From positions 22,568,001 through 22,632,000 of the forward strand of contig NC_043022.1 of NCBI RefSeq assembly GCF_006345805.1: a stretch of 64,000 nucleotides of DNA. Reading direction: 5' to 3'. Below, piece by piece: positions 52,893-64,000 of this stretch. Made by a program: the position numbers and the translations under genes. Positions within the stretch are counted from its first letter, which is position 1; every line of letters starts with the position of its first letter. The DNA comes from Octopus sinensis. Its lineage: Eukaryota. The notes below the pieces were generated by a model. The model ran no database searches, was not told the DNA's origin, and worked only from the letters and a program-made list of their open reading frames with translations.

Positions 52893-53756
52893 CAGAGAGA
52901 GACAGAGAGAGAGAGACAGACAGACAGAAGAACTTAAAATGGGGAAAAAGAACAATGAGTAGAAGTAAGAGAGGGGCGGTGTGAGATTTAAAAGGAGGGG
53001 GAAATGTGTGTGGTATTGACGTAGTTATAGAGAGGAGGAAGGTTAGAGAGAAAGAGACTGAGTATGTAGTAGGGAGAGAGAGGAAGAGTGTGAGTGTGAT
53101 GGAGATTAAAAATAGAGATGTGTGGAAGGTTAATGTGTAGGAGTGAAGGAGAAAGAGACTCAGAAACAGAATATATATATATATATATATATAAAGAGAG
53201 AGAGAGAGAGAGAAAGGGAGAGAGAAAGAAAGAGAGAGACAGCCAGACAGACAGTGAGAAGTGGAGGGGGTTGTGTAGATAGAAAGAAAGACAGGCAGAG
53301 AGGGGAAGAAGGAAAGGCGATGCCGACTGAAGGGGAATGAGAAAAAGAAGGAAAATAGGGGAGACATCTATAAAGAAGAGGTCTATTCTGAGTGAAGTGG
53401 AATGAGGGGAGAAGGAGAGAGTTGGAAATAGATAGTGTGAAGTAGATAGAAAGGGTTACAGAGAGAGGGAAAATAAGAAAAGGAGATAGCATGCTGAGTA
53501 AAGAGAATGAAACGAGAAAGAAAAATGAGAGAAAGTAAAAGAGGCCGTATGTTGAGTAAGGTGGAATGAGGGGGCGAGAGACAGAGAGAGAGTGAGAAAA
53601 AGAAAGAGAGAAGAATGATATGAGAGAGGACGGATAAGAAGGGAGAAGCCAGGAGGAGTGTGAGTTTCAACCAATCAGAATGCTGCAAATTCTCCATTCA
53701 ATATTCAGAGTTGATTGTAAGAAAAGTATTGTCAAGTTGTGGTTTATTTTGTTCCC

Positions 53757-53935
53757 CCTAACCAGGACGACCTCCGTTAATTGTGGTTACCTAAGCTCCC
53801 TCTCTCCTGGACGAGCTCCGCTAAATTCGTGCTTACCTAAGCTCTCCCCGACTTGGACATCCTCCGTTTATTCTGGTTACCTAAGCTCTCCCTTACCAGG
53901 ACGACCTCCACTAAGAGCTGTGATTACTTAAGCTG
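53757..53935. repeat. Degenerate ~45-bp minisatellite x4
   Basis: Recurring GGACGACCTCCG...TTACCTAAGCTC. Confidence 0.75.
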
Positions 53936-54579
53936 ATATTACAACACGGTAAACAAACTTGGTTGTATTTTAGATTTTTTTTCTTTTCTTTAATTTATTC
54001 TGTTTGCTTTGTAAAAATTGTGAGGGCAGAATGATTGCATGTACTTCGTATTTGATAATTATTTCTAACCGCATCGGCATCAGCCGTCATCCCCAACATC
54101 AGCATTATCAATATAAACAATCAACAATATCAACAATCAACATCACCACCAACAGCAACATCAGCAACGTCCATAGTCAACGAGGCAGGCAGTCTCTCTG
54201 CGGTCACTTAATCTGCTAGAAATAGCAGCCAAAGCTGGGGTGGTCGCGGCTAGAATGATTTATGATTTTTGACCATAGGTCTGCTCGATCTGGACAACCC
54301 TGGGACTTGAATCACCAACAGTTACATCAGCATTTAACAACATCAGTAACAACAACAATATCAACAACATCGCTACCACCATCAACAATTACGAAATCCA
54401 CACAAGGCAACGAGGAGGTCTTAACGTAGTCAGTCGACATGCTAAAAGTAGCAGTCAAATCTCCTTTTCCCTCTTGCCACCTACTGTCTTATAAAATGTC
54501 ACTTTGTCTAATGTAGTTTAAGGTACACTATACCTGCCAAAAAATACAGCATGGTACTTTTTGCTGGAAGTCTCCTGAG

Positions 54580-54735
54580 GCCAATCTTTCGCTATTTGTA
54601 TATGACGTCAGTCATGAGTCAGTGTGTGTGTGTATGTATGTGTGTGTACGAGTGTGACTGTTCAGCTTATCGAGCAGATGAAACAGAATGTCACACACTT
54701 ACTCATGACGTCATAGACTAATACCGAAAGATTGC
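54580..54735. mobile_element. Small foldback MITE-like element
   Basis: CAATCTTTCG..TATGACGTCA..TGAGT..AGTGTG inverted against CACACT..ACTCATGACGTCATA..CGAAAGATTG. Confidence 0.55.
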
Positions 54736-57241
54736 CGGTCTCTGATTATGAGACTACTCGCTGGGTACTGATTAAAGATTTAAACGACAACTCCAACAAT
54801 ATCAGCAACATCACCGCCACCGACAAACACCACAGCACTACAACCACCGCTACCGTAACGTTGCCAACGCTACGACAACACCGCCACCAACACACCACTA
54901 GATCATAACCAACAGCACTACCAATGCCACCACCTTTACACCACTATTAAACTATACGCACCACCACAGGACCATCATCACAGCCCAATCACCGCCACCA
55001 TCATTATAACAGTACAGTTACTACCATCACCACCCCTACCAACACCACAGCCTCTACCGCCGCCATCACCTCTATCACCGTTACCACTACTACTTCCACC
55101 ACCGCCGCCACTGTCACCCTACCACCTCTTACACCATCACCACCACTACCACCACCAGTCCCTCGTATGCACTGTTATTACTGTTACTTCGGTATCCAGT
55201 GAATAACTGTTATTTATAAATAATAACTATATATTTGTATTTATATTTCAAACGGTGACATTCTTTGGGTGTGAGTATGTGTGTGTACGCGCGTATGTAT
55301 GTGCGTGTGTGTGTGTATGTGTTCACTTCTGTCCAACCTAGTATCCACTTCTAACTATCCGGTGTCCACTTCTGTCCATGCAATGTCCAATCTGTGTCTG
55401 TCTACCTTTGTCCACCCTATCTATATCCAACTTTTGTTTCCTTTCTGTCAACCCGGTGTCCTTCCAATGGTACACGTTTGTCTCTCTCTCAGATCCACGC
55501 CTGTCTCAGCGCCCACTTCTATCCACTCAGCCTTTCACATCTCTCCAGCCAGTGCACACTTTTTACTTTCATTCACCCGGCGACCCGTCATGGCCACCTG
55601 TAGGCTATTTTGTTTAACCGATGTTTTCCTCAACAATTCTCACAAAAGTTTCGTAAAATTACATCACAACACAAAACACAAACAGTCCTTCACCTTCTTC
55701 TGCATCTCTCTATAACAATCCTCATCTCTCTCATCCTCTACCTCTTTACTCCGCCTCTCGCTCCCTCCCTCTCTCTTTCTTTCACTCCTCTTCTGCCTCT
55801 TTCCTTCTCCCTCTCACCCTCTATCTACCCCTCTCTTTCTCCCTCTGTACATCCATTTCATTGTAGTCTCTCTCTATAAAACAACTCCCAGCTTAATCTG
55901 CTCTAGCTTGGTTCAGCATCTCTATTTGGTCCTTGAGTGCTTTTGACAGGGTCCATTCTGCTACAAGCATCCGGGACGAAGTCTAAGGATAACATCCTCC
56001 CTCTCGTCGCCCTGTTGATAGTGTCTTTTCTCCTCTAAGTCGTATCTTCTTTTATTATGGCCATGCCGGGTGACCGTCTTCAAGAGATTTTAGTCAAATG
56101 AATTGGACCCAGTACTTTTATTTTTTATGACTAGTACTCGTTCTATTAGTCTCTTTTGCCGAACTGCTAGGTTATAGGGACATAAACACACCAATACTGG
56201 TTATCAGGCGGTGGTAGGGGCACTTTTAAAGGGTTGGAACTTTTCATCCTGTTGTAAGCTATTGCTTTAGGCAGTATGTGTTTTTTGTGGGGTCCGGGGG
56301 TGGCAAACAGAAGGCCTTCACCCCCCGGGCAGTACACACTCTAGCTACGCTAGTGGGTAAAGGACAAAAACACAGACACATTTAAAGATTATATACGACG
56401 GGCTTCTTTCAGTTTCCGTCAACCAAATCCTCTCACAAGGCTTTGGTCAACCTGAGGCTATAGTAGAAGACACTTGCCTGAGGTGCCACGCAGTGGGACT
56501 GAACCCGGAACCATGTGGTTGGGAAACAAGCTGCTTACCATACAGCCACTGCGCCTATATAAGAGAAGAGAAAAACAAAAAAAAAACAAAACAAGCATCT
56601 TGCTTCACCACCGCACAAGCTCAACATGCTAGAAATAGCAGCCAAATCTCATTCAAATCAAACCTTAATTTTTGTTTGTTTTTTTTAAAAACTTTTTACT
56701 GTTTGCTTGCTTCAGTCATTGGATTGCAGCCATAATGGGACACAGCCTTGAAGGGTCCAGTCAAATAAATCAAGTGCAATATTTATAAACTTTTTAATAT
56801 CTCGTACTTTTTCTATCAGCATTTTGCCTAACTGCTAACTTAGAGGAATGTAAACAAACCAGTTCTAGATGTAAAGCAGTGAGGAGGCAATACAAACACA
56901 TATACACATACATACATATATACATACACACACACACACACACATATATATAAACACACATGTATATATATATATATATATATATTTTGTTTTTGGATTT
57001 GGTTTGCAACATTCTTTATATGAGTTCGTGTGTTGAAGCATATTCTGTTGTGTCTGGGGAGAGTCGGTAAAATTTCCACTTTTTTTCTTATTTCCTAAAA
57101 TAAGAGTCAAAACTATTGAAAAGGTTGCAAGACGTAACGGAAAATTTTAGGAAAATAAAAATAAGAAAAAAAGTGGAAATTTTACCGGTGGGTGTGTTAA
57201 ATAATAAGGCACAAAAAGAAAATGACTCTCCCCTGACACAA

Positions 57242-57277
<36 letters not shown>

Positions 57278-57377
57278 ATATATATGAACACATATATAGC
57301 TATATATACATACATATAAATATATATATATATATATAAACACACATTTATCTATACATACATTCATACATATAATG

Positions 57378-57708
57378 GGTAAAGACCCCCTTTGGTCATG
57401 AATGACCATGGGATTGCACCTAGAAAGTTCCCCTCCAAGGTACAAGTCTGGGCAGGGTTGTTTATGGAAGACCAGCAGTCACCCATGCATATCAGCCTCC
57501 CCTCTCTGCACCACTGATGTTATCCAAGGGAAAGGCGAAGGCTGATACAGCTAGGCACCTGTGATGTCGGAACTCATTTCTACCGCTGAGTGACTGGAGC
57601 AACGTGAAATAAAGTGTCTTGCTCAAGGACACAACACACAGCCTGGTCTGGGAATCAAACTTGCAACCTCATGATTGTGAGCCCTACACTCTAACCACTG
57701 AGCTATGC
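57378..57708 (-). mobile_element. SINE family D (tRNA-derived)
   Basis: Minus-strand head GCATAGCTCAGTGGTTAGAG..GTTTGATTCCC followed by GTGTCCTTGAGCAAGACACTT; 3' fragment also at about 26572-26645. Confidence 0.8.
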
Positions 57709-58064
57709 ATGTACACACACACACACATATATGTATGTATGTTATGTATGTATATGTATATATCTTTCTTTGTGTGTGTGTGTTGTTGTTGTATCTTGGG
57801 AGAGACAAATACATCTTTTACTTGTTTCAGTCATTAGACTGTGGCCATACTGGGGCACTGCCTTGAAGAATTTTAGTTGAACAAATTGATGCCAGTACTT
57901 AATATTTTTTAAACCAGGGGATACACACACACACACACACACACAGACACACAGATTTATACACACACACATGCACATATTTATATATACATTTTCTTCT
58001 ATCTACTATTTGTTCCTTTATAAACTGTGAATTCCCTATCTAGAACTTTCATACACACTCAACT

Positions 58065-58142
58065 TGTCTCTGATGACGGAATACCCAGTGTATGGAGATG
58101 CTAACCTTTCACTTGCGATATCCCAGAAACAGCTGTCAGACA
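58065..58142 (+). ncRNA. Type I hammerhead motif with extended stem II
   Basis: TGTCT-CTGATGA-(49 nt)-GAAAC-AGCT-GTC-AGACA; perfect 5-bp stem I, imperfect base of stem II. Confidence 0.78.
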
Positions 58143-58401
58143 TCCAATAATTAATTACCTGAAATTCACCTTACCCTAATTAAGTATTCTAAAGTACTTC
58201 AGATACTTGTCTTGCCTTGGTTTTTGTTGTCCTTTTTCCTCCAACTCGGAAGCCTACAATGGATCCCTAGCTCCAGCCTCAGCTGTGAATTTGGAACCTA
58301 ATGGATGACCAATTATAGCCCTTACAACCTAATGGATGACCAATTATAGCCCTTACACATTTAGATCACCAGTCAACTAAACCCTTCATATTCTATATAT
58401 G

Positions 58402-58455
<54 letters not shown>

Positions 58456-59077
58456 TGTTGTGACTGGGGAGAGTCATTCACTTTTGGTACCTTATAATTT
58501 AACAATTGACATATTTTAAATATAATTTATTAATATAATATTATATTACACTTATAATGTAATATAATATGAATAATAATATAGTATAATATGAATAGAA
58601 ATACAAATAGTAATCCTATAAATTGCTCTGATTCGTAACCAATAATGAATTCATAAAAAATTCATATTTATGAGTATGAATCTCATCAGGGAAATATTTC
58701 ACAAAATTAGACAAAATTACATGTAAGGATTGTTAGTCCTACAATAGACTGAACTGAATATGTTTGTAAGCAGGAGTGTCAATAATTTTAAAATATAATA
58801 AAGATAAAAATAAGCGAATAAAATAAATAAAAACTTACGTAATGGTCATAAAATATTATTGTGCAATTTTAATAATACTAATCTAAAATTATTTCTGCCC
58901 ATTATTTTTTATATATAATATCTAAATAATATGCTAAGAATTTATGGTAGAGTAGGAAATAATCTTCTTTTATTCTTCATACTCTTAAGGAAAAAATACA
59001 TTTTATTCAGACAAAATATTCAGAAAAATTTCTGAAGCTCACAAAACACAACATGCTATATTAATCATGGCTAAATA

Positions 59078-59698
59078 CTCTTTTTACTTGTTTCAGTCAT
59101 TTGACTGTGGCCATGCTGGAGCACCGCCTTTAGTTGATTGAGCAAATCGACCCCAGGACTGATTCTTTGTAAGCCTAGTACTTATTCTATTGGTCTCTTT
59201 TGCCAAACCGCTAAGTTACAGGGACGTAAACACACCAGCATCGGTTGTCAAGCGATGTTGGGGGGACAAACACAGACACACAAACATATACACACCCATA
59301 TCATCATCATCATCATCATCATCGTTTAACGTCCGCTTTCCATGCTAGCTTGGGTTGGGCGGTTCAACTGGGGTCTGTGAAGCCAGAAGGCTGCACCAGG
59401 CCCAGTCTGATCTGGCAGTGTTTCTACGGCTGGATGCCCTTCCTAACATCAACCACTCCATGAGTGTAGTGGGTGCTTTTTACGTGCCACTGGCACGGAG
59501 GCCAGGCAAGGCTGGCAACAGCCATGATCGGATGGTGCTTTTTACGTGCCAGTTTTCGTCTACCAAATCCACTCACAAGGCTTTGGTCAGCCCGAGGCTA
59601 GAGTAGAAGACACTTGCCCAAGGTGCCATGCAGTGGGACTGAACCCGGAACCATGTGGTCGGTAAGCAAGCTTCATGCCACACAGCCACTCCTGCGCA
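59078..59698 (-). mobile_element. SINE-B interrupted by an RTE-tailed retroposon fragment (about 59300-59548)
   Basis: SINE-B halves flank minus-strand ..GGAAGGGCATCCAGCCGTAGAAAC..GCATGAAAGCGGACGTTAAAC(GAT)n. Confidence 0.75.
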
Positions 59699-60090
59699 TA
59701 TACTTGTTGAAAATAACTCATTTCAGTAATAGTGTGTGTGTGTGTGAGAATAAGTGAGTGTTCACACATACATACGCACACACACATACACACATATGTA
59801 TCTGCATCCTTCACACATGCACATATACACATACACATCATGCATTATGGACTGATGTCATCATTTAGATAGGCTCTGCCTAAAACGTATTATTTCCTTG
59901 TCATAATCCTCTGATCCATTGTCACCTGTGAAGTCTCATTCAACCTGTAAGATTAACTCATCACTCTCTTCCCCATCTCTGTCTCTCTCTTTCTCTCCCT
60001 CTCGGGATGCTTTTTTTACTTCCTGTAATAAATTTGTGTGTGTATACAGACATATTTTGCATAAAATTATATGTAAGAATGTAAGTATTA

Positions 60091-60133
<43 letters not shown>

Positions 60134-60524
60134 AATAGATAGACAGACAGACAGATAGATAGATAGATATACACAAACACACACAAACACATGCATGCCT
60201 ATGTGTGGGTGCATATATAGGTATGTTTGTGTGTGTGTGTGTGTTTATTAGCAATAATAGAACATGGAGACTTGTTCATCCTCAAAATGTATTTCCGCTT
60301 ATTTTACAATTTTATACAGCATATGATTATGGTCTTTATGACCTGTGCATGTCTCCACATCACAAATTATAGGCAGTTGCAGGTGCAACCTAGCACAGTT
60401 TTTGGTGCAACATCTTCAGGGTCAATCCATTTGGCTATGTATATATATATAGATGAAATTGGCTTATCCCCTCTCTCCAGAATGGCTGTCCTCGTGGCAA
60501 AATTTGAAACCCTTATTATTATAC

Positions 60525-61092
60525 TTATCTACTCTAGGCACAAGACCTGAGATTTTTTTTGCAGGATGGCAGTTTATTAGATTGACCCCAGTATGCAACT
60601 GGTACTTAATTTATCGACCCTGAAAGGATGAAAGGCAAAGCTGACATCGGTGGAATTTGAACTCAGAACGTAAAGACTGACAAGATACCTATTTCTTTAT
60701 TATCCACAAGGGGCTAAACACAGAGGGGACAAACAAGGACAGACCAACGGATTAAGTCGATTATATCAACCCCAGTGCGTAACTGGTACTTAATTTATCG
60801 ACCCTGAAAGGTAAAGTTGACCTCGGCAGAATTTGAACTCAGTACATGGCGGCAGACAAAATACCTATTTCTTTACTACCCACAAGGGGCTAAACACAGA
60901 GGGGACAAACAAGGACAGACAAACGGATTAAGTCAATTATATCAACCCCAGTGTTCGACTGGTACTTATTTTATTGACCCCAAAAGCATAAAAGGTAAAG
61001 TTGACCTGAACACAATTTGAACTCAGAACGTCGAGGTGGATGAGATGCTATTAGGTACTTTTGCCGGGTATGCTAATGAGTCTGCCAGCTTG
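60525..61092 (-). mobile_element. SINE family A trimeric array
   Basis: Junctions at 60689/90 and 60865/66. Confidence 0.85.
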
Positions 61093-63533
61093 CTCATTGA
61101 AAGATATTTTGAAGTGTTTTTATATAAGAAAATGTTAATACAATTCTGTAACAGCATTGAAATAAAAAAATGAAACCATAAATTTACCATATTATGCAAA
61201 TCAAAGATTTCAGTTATATCTTCGTTAGGATCAGCTTTATAGTCATTTATATTTTGATCGGATGCAGGCTAAGCTGTGTGGTAAGAAGCTTGCTTCCCAA
61301 CCACATGGTTCTGGGTTCAGTCCCACCATGTTATATCAACCCAAGTGTTCAACTGGTACTTATTTTATTGACCCCAAAAGCATGCATATTTATGATGGGC
61401 TTCTTTCAGTTTTCATCCTCCAAATCATCTCACAAGGCATTGGTTAATCTGAAGCATCTTAGAAAACGCAAGGTGCTATACAGTAGGACTGAACCTGGAA
61501 CCTTTGGCTAGGATATTTTATGTAACCACAATCAGCCACCAAGGTGGTTCACCAACACTATGTTTTTGTTGTCATCCACTTGGGCAAGTTTGTTCAGTAG
61601 CCTCAGGTTGACCAAAGCCTTGTGAGTGGATTTGGTAAATGGAAACTGAAAGAAGCCTGTTGTTTATGTATGTGTGTGTGTCTTTGTGACTATGTTTGTC
61701 CCCTCCCCCCCCACTGCTTTACTACCTGGGATGGTGTGTTTACATCCCTATAACTTAGCGGCTTAGCAAAAGAGCCCACTAGAAAACATATCCGACTTGA
61801 CAAAAAATAAGTACTGGGGTCAATTCATTCAACTAAAAATTCTTCAAAGTGGTGCCCCAGCATGGCCACCGTCTAATGACTGAAACAAGTAAAAGATAAA
61901 CAAATGAATCAATCTCAGTGATTATTATCATTTTAAGCCCGGTACTTGTATTAGTTTCTTTTGCTGAACTGCTAAGTTACAGGGACATAAACACACCAAC
62001 ACAAGTTGTTGAGTGGTAGTGGGGGACAAACAGGCATAAACAAACACACATGCACACATGCATATTTATGATGGGCTTCTTTCAATTTCCATTTTCCAAA
62101 TCCACTCACAAGGCTTTGGTTAACCTGAGGCATCTTAGAAAATACTAGCCCAAGGTGCCATGCAGTGGGACTGAACCTGGAACCTTTGGCTAGGATATTT
62201 TATGTAGCCACAATCAGCCACCAAGGTGGTACACCACGACTATGTTTTTGTTGTCATCCACCCATTACAAATAGCTAAGACATTTAAAAAATATGTTTTA
62301 AAGGAAACAACACAGTCTTCAAATAACACCAGACAGTTGTTAATGTAAGATATTAAATATCAAGTGTGGATTACATATGCTGAGGTGTTGTGGCCACTTG
62401 TTGAGGACACTTCAGTACAGTGTTTGTAATAATGAGGTCATTAGTATTAAAGACTGATTTCTGTGTGTGAAGAGCATTTTAGTTTACTTGTAGCATCGTG
62501 TCTCAGAAATAAAACTACAAATAATGAAGACAGAGAGCTTCTTACTATGTGAAAGGGAAATCCGTTTGTCTGTCCTTGTTTGGCCCCTTGTGGGCAGTAA
62601 AGAAATAATAATAAACAGCTGCAGTCTGGACAACTCTCTGCTAGTCAGCTCCATGTCAAACCGTCCAACCCATGCCAACATGGAGAGTGGATGCTGAACA
62701 AGGATGCTGTTGCTGTTGAGCGAACGGTCTTCGTTCCAGAGCTCGCAAGATGGGAGAAGTCTGAAACGTGGTCCTTTGCTATTCGTAAGACCCACAGAAG
62801 AGAAAGCAGGTCAACCTCCGACACCGAGAGCATCGACGGATGGATGAATGCGCATCCAGGCTCAGCGGTTGCGTAGGAAGTCAGGGACAAGAAACAGGAA
62901 GAAAGACTGAGAGAAAGTTGGAGCGAAAGAGTACAACAGGGGTCACCGTCACTCCCTGCCAGAGCCTCGTGGAACTTTAGGTGTTTTCGCTCAATAAACA
63001 CACACAACACCCGGTCTGGGAATCGAAATCGCGATCCTCCGACCGCGAGTTCGCTGCCCTAACCCTTTGGCCATTGCGCCTCCACTGCTGCTGCCGCTGC
63101 TGCTGATGTTGATGGTGATGGTGATGACGATGATGGTGGTGGTGGTGGTGGTGGTGGTGATGATGATGAGGAGGAGGAGGAAGAGAAGTACCAGGCTTGA
63201 AAAGGAAACAACTTCTAGGAGCAATTTGTTTGACTAAAACCCTCCAAGACAGTGCCTCAACATGGTCGCAGTCTAATGACTGAAACAAGTAAAGGACCAA
63301 ATATAAAGGGCATCTCAAAAATGGGGTACAGAGAGAGAAAGAGAAAGAGTGAGAGAATACATGTCGTGTACTTTATGGACACAGAATCTACTGCGTTCCA
63401 GTGATACATAATTTCCTTCGTGGACTCCTCATTGCTGTCATAACAGTGACAGTTGTGTTGGATAAACATAGTCAGCTTTTGTAAACACCAACACATACAC
63501 ATACTAACACATATGTGTAATACATAACACACC

Positions 63534-63571
<38 letters not shown>

Positions 63572-63672
63572 CATGATGCACACACACACACACATATATT
63601 GTCAATCACACACCCACACATACACGACGTATTGATGCCTTTAAGTTGACATAATTATAAAATTTTGTTTAC

Positions 63673-63711
<39 letters not shown>

Positions 63712-63947
63712 TGTATTTGTATGTGTATGTATGTGTGTGTGTGTGTGTATACGTATGTGATTTATTAGCTATAAAGCCACATAAGTGACTCGAGGGCTTT
63801 GAGATTTGTGCCAAAGCACTTACCAAACCCTCAACTCTTGAATTACTTATATTAACAATAATTAATATATGTATGCCTATGTATGTGTGTGTGTGTGTGT
63901 GTGCATATACGTATATACACACACACACACACACATGCGTATATATA

Positions 63948-64000
<53 letters not shown>

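Noticed and set aside
63365-63476. Minus-strand STKEIMYHWNAVDSVSI, faintly like a Cys-loop receptor segment
   Set aside because: Too short, weak splice sites, no other exons; could be chance.

Overview
Eukaryotic, repeat-saturated non-coding DNA: abundant (TA)n/(CA)n/(GATA)n/(TATG)n microsatellites, one 100-N gap, and no host protein-coding gene that I can support. The repeat landscape suggests a cephalopod (octopus-like) genome; this is an inference. Almost all ORFs in the supplied track are microsatellite artefacts. Real content: a near-complete Penelope-like retroelement (RT + GIY-YIG) between direct pseudo-LTRs, about nine minimal hammerhead ribozyme motifs (some degenerate) of three designs, a full-length U6 snRNA retrocopy fused to a SINE, at least four tRNA-derived SINE families, an internally deleted Tx1/L1-clade LINE, RLE- and RTE-type LINE remnants, mariner fragments, a Helitron and several MITEs. 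The most interesting signal is a candidate target-specific LINE/SINE system. The Tx1-like LINE sits inside the tRNA-derived head of SINE family A at the same nucleotide where seven SINE-A copies carrying a LINE-like 3' tail are joined to other SINE-A copies; three more such junctions use a second fixed site. All coordinates and alignments were read by eye; no database search or folding program was run.
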